Positions 19,417 to 28,300 of a DNA stretch of 64,000 nt are shown piece after piece; within the stretch, counting starts at the first letter, position 1; each line of letters begins with the position of its first letter. The notes under the pieces were generated by a model, which made no database searches, had not been told where the DNA came from, and saw only the letters and a list, made by a program, of their open reading frames with translations. Position numbers and translations under genes: made by a program. The DNA comes from a virus (taxonomy: Duplodnaviria; Heunggongvirae; Uroviricota; Caudoviricetes), in IMG/VR virus record IMGVR_UViG_3300046689_000419, one strand, 5' to 3'.

Positions 19417-20415
19417 ATGCCGAACCCCACTCAGAGCGATCTCCACGTCAACGTTCCGCTGACCAATGTCTCGGTCGCCTACATGCAGGACAAGGCGACG
19501 TTCATCGCCGACAAGGTGTTCGCTCGAGTCCCGGTGAACAAGCAGTCCGACATCTACTGGAAGTACTCGAAGTCCGACTGGCGTCGGACCGACGCGCAGA
19601 AGCGTGCGCCGGGCACCGAGTCGGCCGGGGTCGGCTGGAAGCTCGACACCGGTCAGTACTTCGCCGAGGTCTGGGCTGTCCACAAGGACATCGATGACCA
19701 GGTGCGGGCGAACGCGGACAGCAACTGGCGACTGGACAGCGACGCCACCGCGTTCGTGACCAACCAGCTGCTGCTGCGCCGGGACCTGGACTGGAACGAC
19801 AAGTTCTTCAAGACCGGCCAGTGGGGCACCGACCTCGCCGGCGTCACCGGGACCGTAGGCGCGGGCCAGTTCCTGCAGTGGAGCGACCCGAACTCCGACC
19901 CGATCGTGCAGTTCACCGACCTGCAGACCAACTTCGTGGAGCAGTCCGGCCGCAAGGCCAACACCCTGGTCCTCGGAGCCCGGACGATCAACCAGCTCAA
20001 GAACCACCCGGACATCATCGACCGCATCAAGTACACCCAGAAGGGTGTGGTCACCACCGACCTGCTCGCGTCCCTGTTCGACGTGGAGCGGATCCTGGTC
20101 TCCTACGCGACGGTGACCGACGTGGCCGAGCTCAACGACGCGAAGGCACAGGATGCCGCCGCGACGTACCGGTTCATGTCCAACTCGAAGTCGGCGCTGC
20201 TCTGCTACACCCCGAGCAGCCCGTCCCTGATGACCCCGGCCGCCGGCTACACGTTCACCTGGAACGGGTACCTGGCCGGCAACGCCTTCGGGATCCGGAT
20301 GAAGAACTTCCGGATGGAGTGGATCGAGGCGGACCGGATCGAGGGCGAGATGACCTACGACATGCGGGTGGTCGCGAAGGACATGGGCATCTTCATGGCC
20401 AACGCGGTGGCCTGA
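19417..20415 (+). CDS. Major capsid protein
   Basis: 332 aa; strong RBS GAGGAGAGAAG; position after scaffold/decoration and sequence character of phage major capsid proteins. Confidence 0.75.
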   Translation: MPNPTQSDLHVNVPLTNVSVAYMQDKATFIADKVFARVPVNKQSDIYWKYSKSDWRRTDAQKRAPGTESAGVGWKLDTGQYFAEVWAVHKDIDDQVRANADSNWRLDSDATAFVTNQLLLRRDLDWNDKFFKTGQWGTDLAGVTGTVGAGQFLQWSDPNSDPIVQFTDLQTNFVEQSGRKANTLVLGARTINQLKNHPDIIDRIKYTQKGVVTTDLLASLFDVERILVSYATVTDVAELNDAKAQDAAATYRFMSNSKSALLCYTPSSPSLMTPAAGYTFTWNGYLAGNAFGIRMKNFRMEWIEADRIEGEMTYDMRVVAKDMGIFMANAVA

Positions 20416-20480
20416 GTCGGATCTACCCTTGGATGGGCTGTGGGTGCTGGCCCGCAGCCCATCCGTCGTCAGGAGGAGTG

Positions 20481-21011
20481 ATGGGCAGCCCGCTGCTGTA
20501 CAACGACAGGGTGTCCTTCGTGGTCACCAAGCCGTTCACCTCGGGCGAGAAGGAGTACGCCGTCGGCGACGACTTCCCCCAGGAGGACGCCCGGAACATC
20601 GAGGTGCTGGTCCGAGCCCGGTACGTGGCCCCGGTGGTGGAGGATCTCGCCGACCGGCCGAAGTACTGGTACAAGGAGGTCCGGCTCAAGTCCGACGTGC
20701 TGGCCCGGCTGAACCGGGAGCACGTCCAGGTGCGGATGCCGGAGCCCTACGCCGAGCACGACGAGAACCAGGTGGATCTCCAGGTGCTCACCCACCCGGC
20801 GACCACTCCGGAGCCGGAGGACCGCGAGGTCGGTGAGGATGAGGAGGCCCCGCCGGCCGAGGCGGTGCATCTGGATCAGTACGACCCGAGCTACCACTCG
20901 GTGCGCGAGGTGAACGCACACCTGGCTCAGATCCATGATCCGGAGGAGAAGGAGCGGGTGCTCGAGGCGGAGCGCAGCGGCAAGGCACGGAAGGGGATCC
21001 TGGAGTCATGA
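20481..21011 (+). CDS. Hypothetical structural protein (acidic C-terminus)
   Basis: RBS AGGAGGAG; 176 aa. Confidence 0.5.
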   Translation: MGSPLLYNDRVSFVVTKPFTSGEKEYAVGDDFPQEDARNIEVLVRARYVAPVVEDLADRPKYWYKEVRLKSDVLARLNREHVQVRMPEPYAEHDENQVDLQVLTHPATTPEPEDREVGEDEEAPPAEAVHLDQYDPSYHSVREVNAHLAQIHDPEEKERVLEAERSGKARKGILES

Positions 21012-21256
21012 TCAGTGCATTCGGTGTGGACCACGGCGGCATCGAGAAGGCGTTCAACCCGGTGAAGGCGCTCAAGGGCCTGCGCAGCGCGAAGGGTGGT
21101 GCGCATGCCGGTCAGGCCAGCCCGACGTTCGACCAGCTGGCAGCCAAGACCGGGATGAAGACTGGCGGAGCCCACCGGGCACCCGGGTCGCACAAGGGCT
21201 CGCTCAAGGCGAAGTCGTTCAACCCGTTCGGCCGCGGCGGGGCGCGGAGGGCCTGA
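21008..21256 (+). CDS. Small basic protein, N-terminus MISAFGVDHG
   Basis: ATGA overlap; 82 aa; paralogue of the next gene ('NPVKALKG...GAHRAPG'). Confidence 0.5.
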   Translation: MISAFGVDHGGIEKAFNPVKALKGLRSAKGGAHAGQASPTFDQLAAKTGMKTGGAHRAPGSHKGSLKAKSFNPFGRGGARRA

Positions 21257-21702
21257 TGTACAGCGAGGGTGGGCTTTCAGCCTTCGGCATCGACCATGGC
21301 TACGAAGAGGTCGGGAAGTTCGTCAACCCGATGGAGGCCATGAAGGGTGCCCGAGGGGCGGTCAAGGCCGCCACCGCTGGCGCACACCGGGCCCCTGGCC
21401 TGTCGTCGGTGTCCAAGCCGGTCGGCGCGCTGCGCACCTTCACCGGCGGAGTCGGGGCGAACATCTCCGGCGGCCTGAAGCGGGCCGGAGCCGCGGTCAC
21501 CGGGAACCCGGGCAAGCGGGCGGCCCCAACCCTGCGGACCAAGGTCGGCGGCGGGCTGACCAGCCTGGGCCAGAAGTCCTTCGCGCAGCCGTACAAGACC
21601 GGAGCCATCGGCCTGGGTGCCGCCGGTGCCGGAGCAGGCGCAGTCGGCGCAGGTGGCGCGGCAGCATTCGGCGGTCGGAGGAAGCGCCCCGGGCAGGTCT
21701 GA
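21256..21702 (+). CDS. Basic Gly/Ala-rich protein, N-terminus ...LSAFGIDHG
   Basis: ATGA overlap; 148 aa; tandem paralogue of 21008-21256. Confidence 0.5.
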   Translation: MYSEGGLSAFGIDHGYEEVGKFVNPMEAMKGARGAVKAATAGAHRAPGLSSVSKPVGALRTFTGGVGANISGGLKRAGAAVTGNPGKRAAPTLRTKVGGGLTSLGQKSFAQPYKTGAIGLGAAGAGAGAVGAGGAAAFGGRRKRPGQV

Positions 21703-21703
21703 G

Positions 21704-22210
21704 ATGACCTACTCCTACACGGTCCCTGGGGACACCGACAAGGACACCTTGCGGTTCCTGATCCAGGACACCGGGCCCTCCCAGGAGAACGACTGGATGC
21801 TCACCGACGAGGAGATCCAGTGGGCCTACGAGACCTGGTTCCCGCTCTACCACTCGCTGTACTACGTGGCCGCGACGCTGGCCGACACCATCTCGGCCCG
21901 GTTCGCGAACGAGGCGTCCTACTCCGCCGATGGGGTCAGCGTGAACCTGGGCCCGGTCGGGGACCAGTACCGGTCACTGGCCATGAAGCTGCGTGAGCAG
22001 TACTCCGCGCAGCTGGTCGGCACCACCGTCGATGCCGGTGGGATGAGCCCGGACGAGCCGCAGCTGCCCGGCACCAAGCCGTTCTCCTTCGGCAAGGGCA
22101 TGCACGACAACGTGGAGGCCGGTCCGCAGGAGTTCGGCGGGGTCTACCCACCGGACCAGACGACCTACCCGGCGGCGGTGCCCCCGCACGAGCAGATCGT
22201 TGAGCCATGA
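21704..22210 (+). CDS. Head-tail adaptor / connector protein
   Basis: 168 aa in the connector position; overlapping-stop coupled. Confidence 0.45.
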   Translation: MTYSYTVPGDTDKDTLRFLIQDTGPSQENDWMLTDEEIQWAYETWFPLYHSLYYVAATLADTISARFANEASYSADGVSVNLGPVGDQYRSLAMKLREQYSAQLVGTTVDAGGMSPDEPQLPGTKPFSFGKGMHDNVEAGPQEFGGVYPPDQTTYPAAVPPHEQIVEP

Positions 22211-22569
22211 TCAGCGCCTTCGGCGTCGAGCACGGGGTCTCCAAGTCCTGGAAGAAGCTCGCCCCGAAGCTGGCCAAGGTCCAGCAGACGCCCCGGCGGA
22301 CCGATGACATCCAGCAGCGGATGAAGGTGAACTACTACCAGGGGCGGGCCAGAGGAGCGGCTCGCTCCAAGGCCTACCAGGCTAATGTCCGTGGGTTGAA
22401 GCAGCGCCAGGCCCAGCCCGAGGGCACCCCTCTGCGGGACTACCGGATCGGTCGGAACATCGAGGACCGGGACAAGGCTCTCAAAGAGGGGAAGTTCTAC
22501 AAGGACTTCGCCAACGCTGCGATCGCCGGGCACTCCAACGCGGGGAAGAGGAAGAGGTTCCTGCCGTGA
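22207..22569 (+). CDS. Basic protein, N-terminus MISAFGVEHG
   Basis: 120 aa, K/R-rich, third N-terminal copy of the SAFG motif. Confidence 0.5.
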   Translation: MISAFGVEHGVSKSWKKLAPKLAKVQQTPRRTDDIQQRMKVNYYQGRARGAARSKAYQANVRGLKQRQAQPEGTPLRDYRIGRNIEDRDKALKEGKFYKDFANAAIAGHSNAGKRKRFLP

Positions 22570-22979
22570 CCAGCCCGATCAGCATGCACGCGATCTCCTA
22601 CGTGCGCGGCCAGGCCACTGCGGTGATGACCTCCACCTGCCGGATCACCCGGGGCTCGCGGCCGGAGGGCTACGACGAGGACACCCTGGTGTACACCCCA
22701 GAGGGGATCGCCGAGGTGGTCTACGAGGGCAAGTGCCGGATCTGGGAGGTCTCCGGGGCCGGCGCGGTGGTGGTCGGGGACACCGACATCTACCAGCAGA
22801 CCACCAACCTTTCCATCCCTTGGGACGAACCGGCGGTCATCAGGCGATACGACGAGGTGCTGATCCTGACCGACAACCTGGACCCGCAGCTGGTCGGCAA
22901 GCGCTATGAGATCCAGACCGTGGCCAAGGCCGGAGCGATGCGGCCCACTCGGCGCTTCGAGGTCACGGGGCTGATGTGA
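22566..22979 (+). CDS. Head-tail joining / head closure protein
   Basis: GTG start with GTGA overlap; 137 aa in the connector module. Confidence 0.45.
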   Translation: MTSPISMHAISYVRGQATAVMTSTCRITRGSRPEGYDEDTLVYTPEGIAEVVYEGKCRIWEVSGAGAVVVGDTDIYQQTTNLSIPWDEPAVIRRYDEVLILTDNLDPQLVGKRYEIQTVAKAGAMRPTRRFEVTGLM

Positions 22980-23434
22980 GCGCCGAGGCATCTGCGGACA
23001 TCTCCCGGCTCGCCGACGCGCTGAACCAGACCGCCAAGGAGTCGCAGACCACCACCATGGCGGTGATGATCCAGTCCGCGAACTACATCAAGGCCGAGAT
23101 GGAGGCCAAGGTCCCGGTACGGACCGGCAACCTGCGCAACTCGATCTTCATCAAGGTGGAGACCGACAAGGTGATCATCGGGCCGAACCTGATCACGGCC
23201 CCGTACGCCGGCTACGTGGAGTTCGGCACCCGGGCGCACACCATCGTGCCCCGGACCAAGGGCGGGGTGCTGGTGTTCACCGTCGGCGGCACCAAGGTGT
23301 TCACCCGCAAGGTGAACCACCCCGGGTCCAGGCCGCACCCCTACGTGATGCCGGCCTTCCAGTCCTGGGTGGACAGTCTCGGGACGATGGCAGCAGAGGC
23401 CAACGTGAAGGTGCTGACAGACAATGCCCGCTAG
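22976..23434 (+). CDS. HK97 gp10-like neck/tail component
   Basis: 'NLRNSIF...APYAGYVEFGT' motif characteristic of the HK97 gp10 family. Confidence 0.55.
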   Translation: MSAEASADISRLADALNQTAKESQTTTMAVMIQSANYIKAEMEAKVPVRTGNLRNSIFIKVETDKVIIGPNLITAPYAGYVEFGTRAHTIVPRTKGGVLVFTVGGTKVFTRKVNHPGSRPHPYVMPAFQSWVDSLGTMAAEANVKVLTDNAR

Positions 23435-23894
23435 CTCGATCTCTCGAGGACCGATCACCACTCGGCTGCTGGCCGAGCTGGTGACCGAGGGCTTCCCGGT
23501 GGGCGACAACGCCTCCCCGGACACCCCGTACGGCTGGCAGGGTGAGCCGAACTCTCCCGGTGAGACCTTCACCCCGTGGCTCTCGCTGTCCCCGGGCTCG
23601 GCGATCCCGCAGAACCCGGCCGGGCCGCTGGCCAACACCTACGCGGACTGGAAGCTGGGCTACCAGGTCAGCTACGCCGGGATCTCCCGCAAGCAGACCG
23701 AGGCGCTGGCGGACCGGATCCGGAACAACCTGATCTACCTCGAGCGGGAGGTCATCGACACCCCGACCGGGGGCTGGAAGGTGCAGAAGGTCTCCTGCAC
23801 CGCGATCGGCAACACCAACCGGATCGGCTCGGCCTATCCGGACTACTTCAGTCAGGCAGACACGTTCGAGGTCTGGGTCACGAAGGGAAGCTGA
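23424..23894 (+). CDS. Tail terminator / tail completion protein (tentative)
   Basis: 156 aa immediately upstream of the major tail protein gene. Confidence 0.4.
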   Translation: MPASSISRGPITTRLLAELVTEGFPVGDNASPDTPYGWQGEPNSPGETFTPWLSLSPGSAIPQNPAGPLANTYADWKLGYQVSYAGISRKQTEALADRIRNNLIYLEREVIDTPTGGWKVQKVSCTAIGNTNRIGSAYPDYFSQADTFEVWVTKGS

Positions 23895-23895
23895 C

Positions 23896-24057
23896 ATGGG
23901 AACACGGCGGATCAAGATCACCAAGGACGGCGTGGAGGCCACCTGCAACCCGCCCTCGCTACCGGTCTGGGAGCGCAACGGCTGGACGCGCGCAGATGAT
24001 GGAAGTAGCGGAGAAACCGAATCCACTCCGGACACGCAGACACCGAAGGAAGGCTGA
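23896..24057 (+). CDS. Small hypothetical protein (53 aa)
   Basis: ATG 2 nt after the previous stop; 'MGTRRIKITKDGVEATCNPPSLPVWERNGW...'; below the ORF-track size cutoff. Confidence 0.3.
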   Translation: MGTRRIKITKDGVEATCNPPSLPVWERNGWTRADDGSSGETESTPDTQTPKEG

Positions 24058-24060
24058 CCG

Positions 24061-24540
24061 ATGGCCCGGATCATCCCGAATGAGAACACCTGGATCGGTT
24101 TCACCATCGCACCGATCACCGACATCGCTGCGCCGAAGATCTCCGAGATCACCGCCGCCGTCGATCTGACCGGCTACTGCATCAGCCTGAACGCCTCGGC
24201 TCGCGGTAACACGGTGCCCACCCCGTCCTTCGACTCGCTGTTCGAGACCAGCACCGCCGGTACCTCGGCGGCCACCTTCGACGCGGACTTCTACCGCGAC
24301 GACGAGGACGACACCGCCTGGGAGACGCTGACCCGTGGCGAGCGTGGGCACTTCGTCATCGCCCGGTTCGGATTCACCGGTGCCAACAACGCCCCGGTGG
24401 CCTCCGACCCCTGTGAGGTCTGGCCGGTGATGATCACCTCGCGGACGATGGCGAACATGAGCTCGAACACGGTGCTCACCTTCACCGCGTCCTGCGCGGT
24501 GATGGAAGAGCCTGCCGAGGATGCTGTCGTTGGCACGTAG
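24061..24540 (+). CDS. Major tail protein
   Basis: 159 aa followed by a chaperone pair and the tape measure, in canonical siphovirus order. Confidence 0.6.
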   Translation: MARIIPNENTWIGFTIAPITDIAAPKISEITAAVDLTGYCISLNASARGNTVPTPSFDSLFETSTAGTSAATFDADFYRDDEDDTAWETLTRGERGHFVIARFGFTGANNAPVASDPCEVWPVMITSRTMANMSSNTVLTFTASCAVMEEPAEDAVVGT

Positions 24541-24569
24541 CCAGGACGGATAGCAGTAGCATCTGGTCC

Positions 24570-25004
24570 ATGGCAAACACCACAGCGAAGACCACCGAGG
24601 CGCGCCAGAAGCAGTCTGCCGCAGACAAGCGCGCCACCATCGATGAGCTGATCAACAAGCCCCGGTCCACCACCGAGTTCTCGCTGTACCTGGCCAACGG
24701 GAACAGCGAGCCCAAGGAAGTGACCCTGAAGTACCAGGCGATCGGGATGCGCGCCTACGACAAGCTGGTGGCCAAGTACCCGCCGAAGCCGGAGCAGCGG
24801 GCCGAGGGCTCCTCCTTCGACATCGACACCTTCGCGCCGGCGCTGATCGCGGCCTGCGCGGTGGAGCCGGAGATCAGCATTGCCCAGGCCAAGGAGATCT
24901 GGGACTCCGAGGACTGGTCGCGCGGGGATGTGATGGTGCTGTTCCGGAACGCGGTGGAGCTGAACAACCGGGGTCTGGACATCCCTTTCAGCGAGCGCGG
25001 CTGA
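24570..25004 (+). CDS. Tail assembly chaperone (G-like)
   Basis: 144 aa acidic protein upstream of the tape measure; slippery CCCTTTC heptamer 15 nt before its stop. Confidence 0.6.
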   Translation: MANTTAKTTEARQKQSAADKRATIDELINKPRSTTEFSLYLANGNSEPKEVTLKYQAIGMRAYDKLVAKYPPKPEQRAEGSSFDIDTFAPALIAACAVEPEISIAQAKEIWDSEDWSRGDVMVLFRNAVELNNRGLDIPFSERG

Positions 25005-25030
25005 GGAAGGACCCGAACTTCTTCCTGGAG

Positions 25031-25357
25031 ATGTCCTACTGCCACGAGCACGCTATCCCGCACAGCGAGTTCCTCGAGTGGGACCCGGAGGACCGGGCCA
25101 AGACGCTGGCCTTCGCGATGGAGTCGGCGGTCCGCTGCCAGATGTGCGGGACCGCGCCCTGGGAGTGGGAGGAGAACAAGTTCGCCTTCACCGCGGTGGA
25201 CGAGTTCTGCCAGGGTTGCTACCAGAAGTCGATGTATTCCGACACGCAGGGCTCGTCGCTGCCCGGGACAAATGTCAGACTGATCCCGACCACCCCGCAG
25301 CTGACCGCACAGATGGCAATGAAGGCCAAGAAGCGGCGGTCGCTGAAGATGGAGTGA
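25031..25357 (+). CDS. Tail assembly chaperone T-part (probably expressed as a G-T fusion by -1 frameshift)
   Basis: Its reading frame is open upstream back through the end of the G gene in the -1 frame. Confidence 0.45.
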   Translation: MSYCHEHAIPHSEFLEWDPEDRAKTLAFAMESAVRCQMCGTAPWEWEENKFAFTAVDEFCQGCYQKSMYSDTQGSSLPGTNVRLIPTTPQLTAQMAMKAKKRRSLKME

Positions 25358-25361
25358 GAAT

Positions 25362-28300
25362 GTGACCAGTCAGCCGGTTGAGGCCAATGTCGTACTGACC
25401 GCGGACAACAGCGGCTACGACCAAGCGATGGCGGCAAGCTCGCAGGCCACCACCACCTTGATGAGCTCGGTGGACGCGCTGACCGCCAAGATCGGCAAGC
25501 TGACCAAGACCGCCGGCAAGTCCCTGATCGGGATCGCCGCGGGTGACGTGGCGATGATCACCGGAGCCACCGCGGCCTGGTCCTCGTATGAGAAGCAGAT
25601 GGAGCGGCTCAAGTCCCAGGCCGCGGTGCTCGGCCGGTCCACCGATCAGCAGAACAAGCTGATGAAGGACTACAGCAACACGGTGAAGGGCCTGCGTTCG
25701 GAGTTCGGTACCACCACCACCGAGGCCGCGAAGCTGGCGGAGACGCTCTCCAAGGTCACCAACGTCCGGCAGAGCCGGGACCTGGGTGAGCTGTCCAAGG
25801 TCTTCATCCAGATGTCCAAGGCCACCGGGGAGAGCTCGGAGGGGCTGGCCAGCTCGCTGACCAACCTCGAGAAGATCATGGGCACCCCGGTGAACGCCCA
25901 GAACTCCAGGAAGTACGCAGACACCTTCACCCACCTGGCCGCGCAGACCAACGTCTCGGCGCAGGGCCTGATGGACTTCACCGCCACGCTGGCCCCGGTC
26001 GCCAAGTCGCTGGGGATGAACACCAAGCAGGTGGCCGGCTTCGCCACCGCCTTCACCCAGGCGGGTCAGGACACCGGGGCCGCGTCGTTGATGTTCACCA
26101 AGGTCAGCCGGGACATGCTGCGGTCCCTGCAGTCCGGCTCACCGGAGCTGGCGACGTACGCGAACATCGTCGGGACCACCACCGAGAACTTCAAGAAGCT
26201 GGCGAAGAGCGACGCCTCGGAGGCCGTGATCCGGGTCTTCGAGGCGCTCAGCCGCAACACCAAGACCGCGAGCGCGGACATCGAGCGGCTGGGTCTGGAC
26301 GGGCCGCGCACGATCCGGGCGATCGCCGGGCTGACCAACCAGCCTGGTGGCATCCGGGCGGCAGCGGGGCTGGTGAACGACCCGAGCGCCACGGGGTCGG
26401 TCGAGCGCGGCTACAAGGCCACCCTGAGTGGGCTGTCCAACCAGTTCGATGAGCTGCGCGAGGACCTGAAGCAGACCGCCGAGGCGTTCGCCACCATCCT
26501 CGGCCCGGCGATGGAGGGCTTCCTGGCCGGCCTGGAGAAGGCCGCCTCGATCATGCAGTCGGTGGTGCAGGGCCCGATCGGCAAGTTCCTGCAGGTGGTG
26601 ATGGGCCTGGTGGCTCCGCTGGCCGGCGGGGCCGGTGCGCTGCTGCTGTTCGCCGGCGCGCTAGTCAAGGTGGCCGGGGCGTTCCTGCTGCTGAAGAACT
26701 CGATGACCCGGGGCCTGGTCGAGGGCTTCCAGGGCAAGGCCGGGATCATCCGGTCTCCCGAGGGCGTCTATATGGCCCGCGGTGGCGGCACGCTCGGCAA
26801 GACCGGCGCGAACCTGGTCCGGGGCACCGACCCGAACCTGCCCCGTGAGGAGCAGAGCAGCTGGGTGCAGCGCGGGCTGTACAACATCGGCCAGTTCGGC
26901 GGCTCCGGGCTGAGCGCGTTCCGGTCCGGTGGGGCGGTCCCGGAGCACTGGTACGAGGCCCGGGAGGCGCTGTCCTCGAAGATCCCGTGGACCCAGCAGT
27001 ACGCCCGGCCGGACGCCCCACGGTCCGCGCTGAGCGCGGTGTCTCGGGGCGCGGGCGCGCTGATCGAGAACTTCGTCACCCCGACCTTCGACCAGATGCG
27101 GCATGCCGGGCCGTCCCAGCGCAGGACCTGGGCGGCCCAGGAGGCTCCCTGGGTTCGGGCCGGCGACGCGATGGAGATGGGGGCCGGCAGGGTCAAGCTG
27201 ATCCCCGGCCTGGCCGCGGCGATGGGCCGGGTCGGGATGGCCGACACCCGGCTGCAGGCTCAGCGCGAAGAGACCACCAGGGTCCACCAGGACCCGCTGA
27301 TGGACGAGCAGTCCCGGCAGGCCCGGCTGACCGAGCTGCGCGGCATGCGCGAGGAGACCATGCAGCGGAAGAACGCTGCCCTGGCGCAGGAGACCGCGAT
27401 CCGCCAGGAGATCGCCCAGCGCGGTGAGTCGGCCCGGGTCACCGCGGAGGCCAACCGGGAGACCAAGACCTTCGGCCAGGCGATGCGGGGCCTGGGCGGG
27501 GCGGTGGGTGGCTCGCTGCTGACCGGCGGCAAGGACGTGGCCAGGCTGGCCTGGCGGTCCGGGATGGTCGGCCAGGCCGGGGCGATGGGGGCCGCGGTCG
27601 CCGGTGGGGCGATGGGCTCCAACATGCTGATGATGGGCGGCACCGGCGCGATGATCGGCAGCATGATCCCTGGGGTCGGGACTGCCCTGGGAGGTGCAGT
27701 CGGGGCCACCGCCGGGCTGGCGATGGATGCGGCCAAGGCCAACAACGACGTGACCGACTCGATCAAGGAGCTGAACCAGCAGGCCACCGACGCCGGCAAG
27801 TCCGGCAGTGGGCTGGCCGCGCTGGCCGAGGCCACTGATCAGTCCAAGAAGAAGTTCCAGGACTACAACAAGTCGATGACCGCCCTGCGGCAGCCGGGCC
27901 TCTCGCCGCTCCAGTCGATCACCACCGGCTACGGCCAGGCGAAGAACTTTGTCGAGGGGCTTCTCGGGGACTCGGACGTGGAGGAGCAAGCGAAGAAGCT
28001 GAATGTCACCGCGGACAAGGCCCGGAACGTCGCGGACGCCTTCCGGGACCTGGCCAAGGCAGGTGGGGTCAAGCTCACCGGGTCCGCTACCGCGCAGCGT
28101 CAGCAACTGGACGAGTTCATGGCCAGCCGAGGCCTGCCCGCACTGGGCCAGGCGAACATCGAGCTGCCGGACCTGATCGCGGCCCGGGCGAAGGGCGGCC
28201 CGCAGTACCAGGACATGCTCGACAAGGCGATCACCCCGGGCAAGGCCACCGGGATGTGGGACCGGATGCGCACCACCCAGGTCGGCGCGGCGATGCTGGA

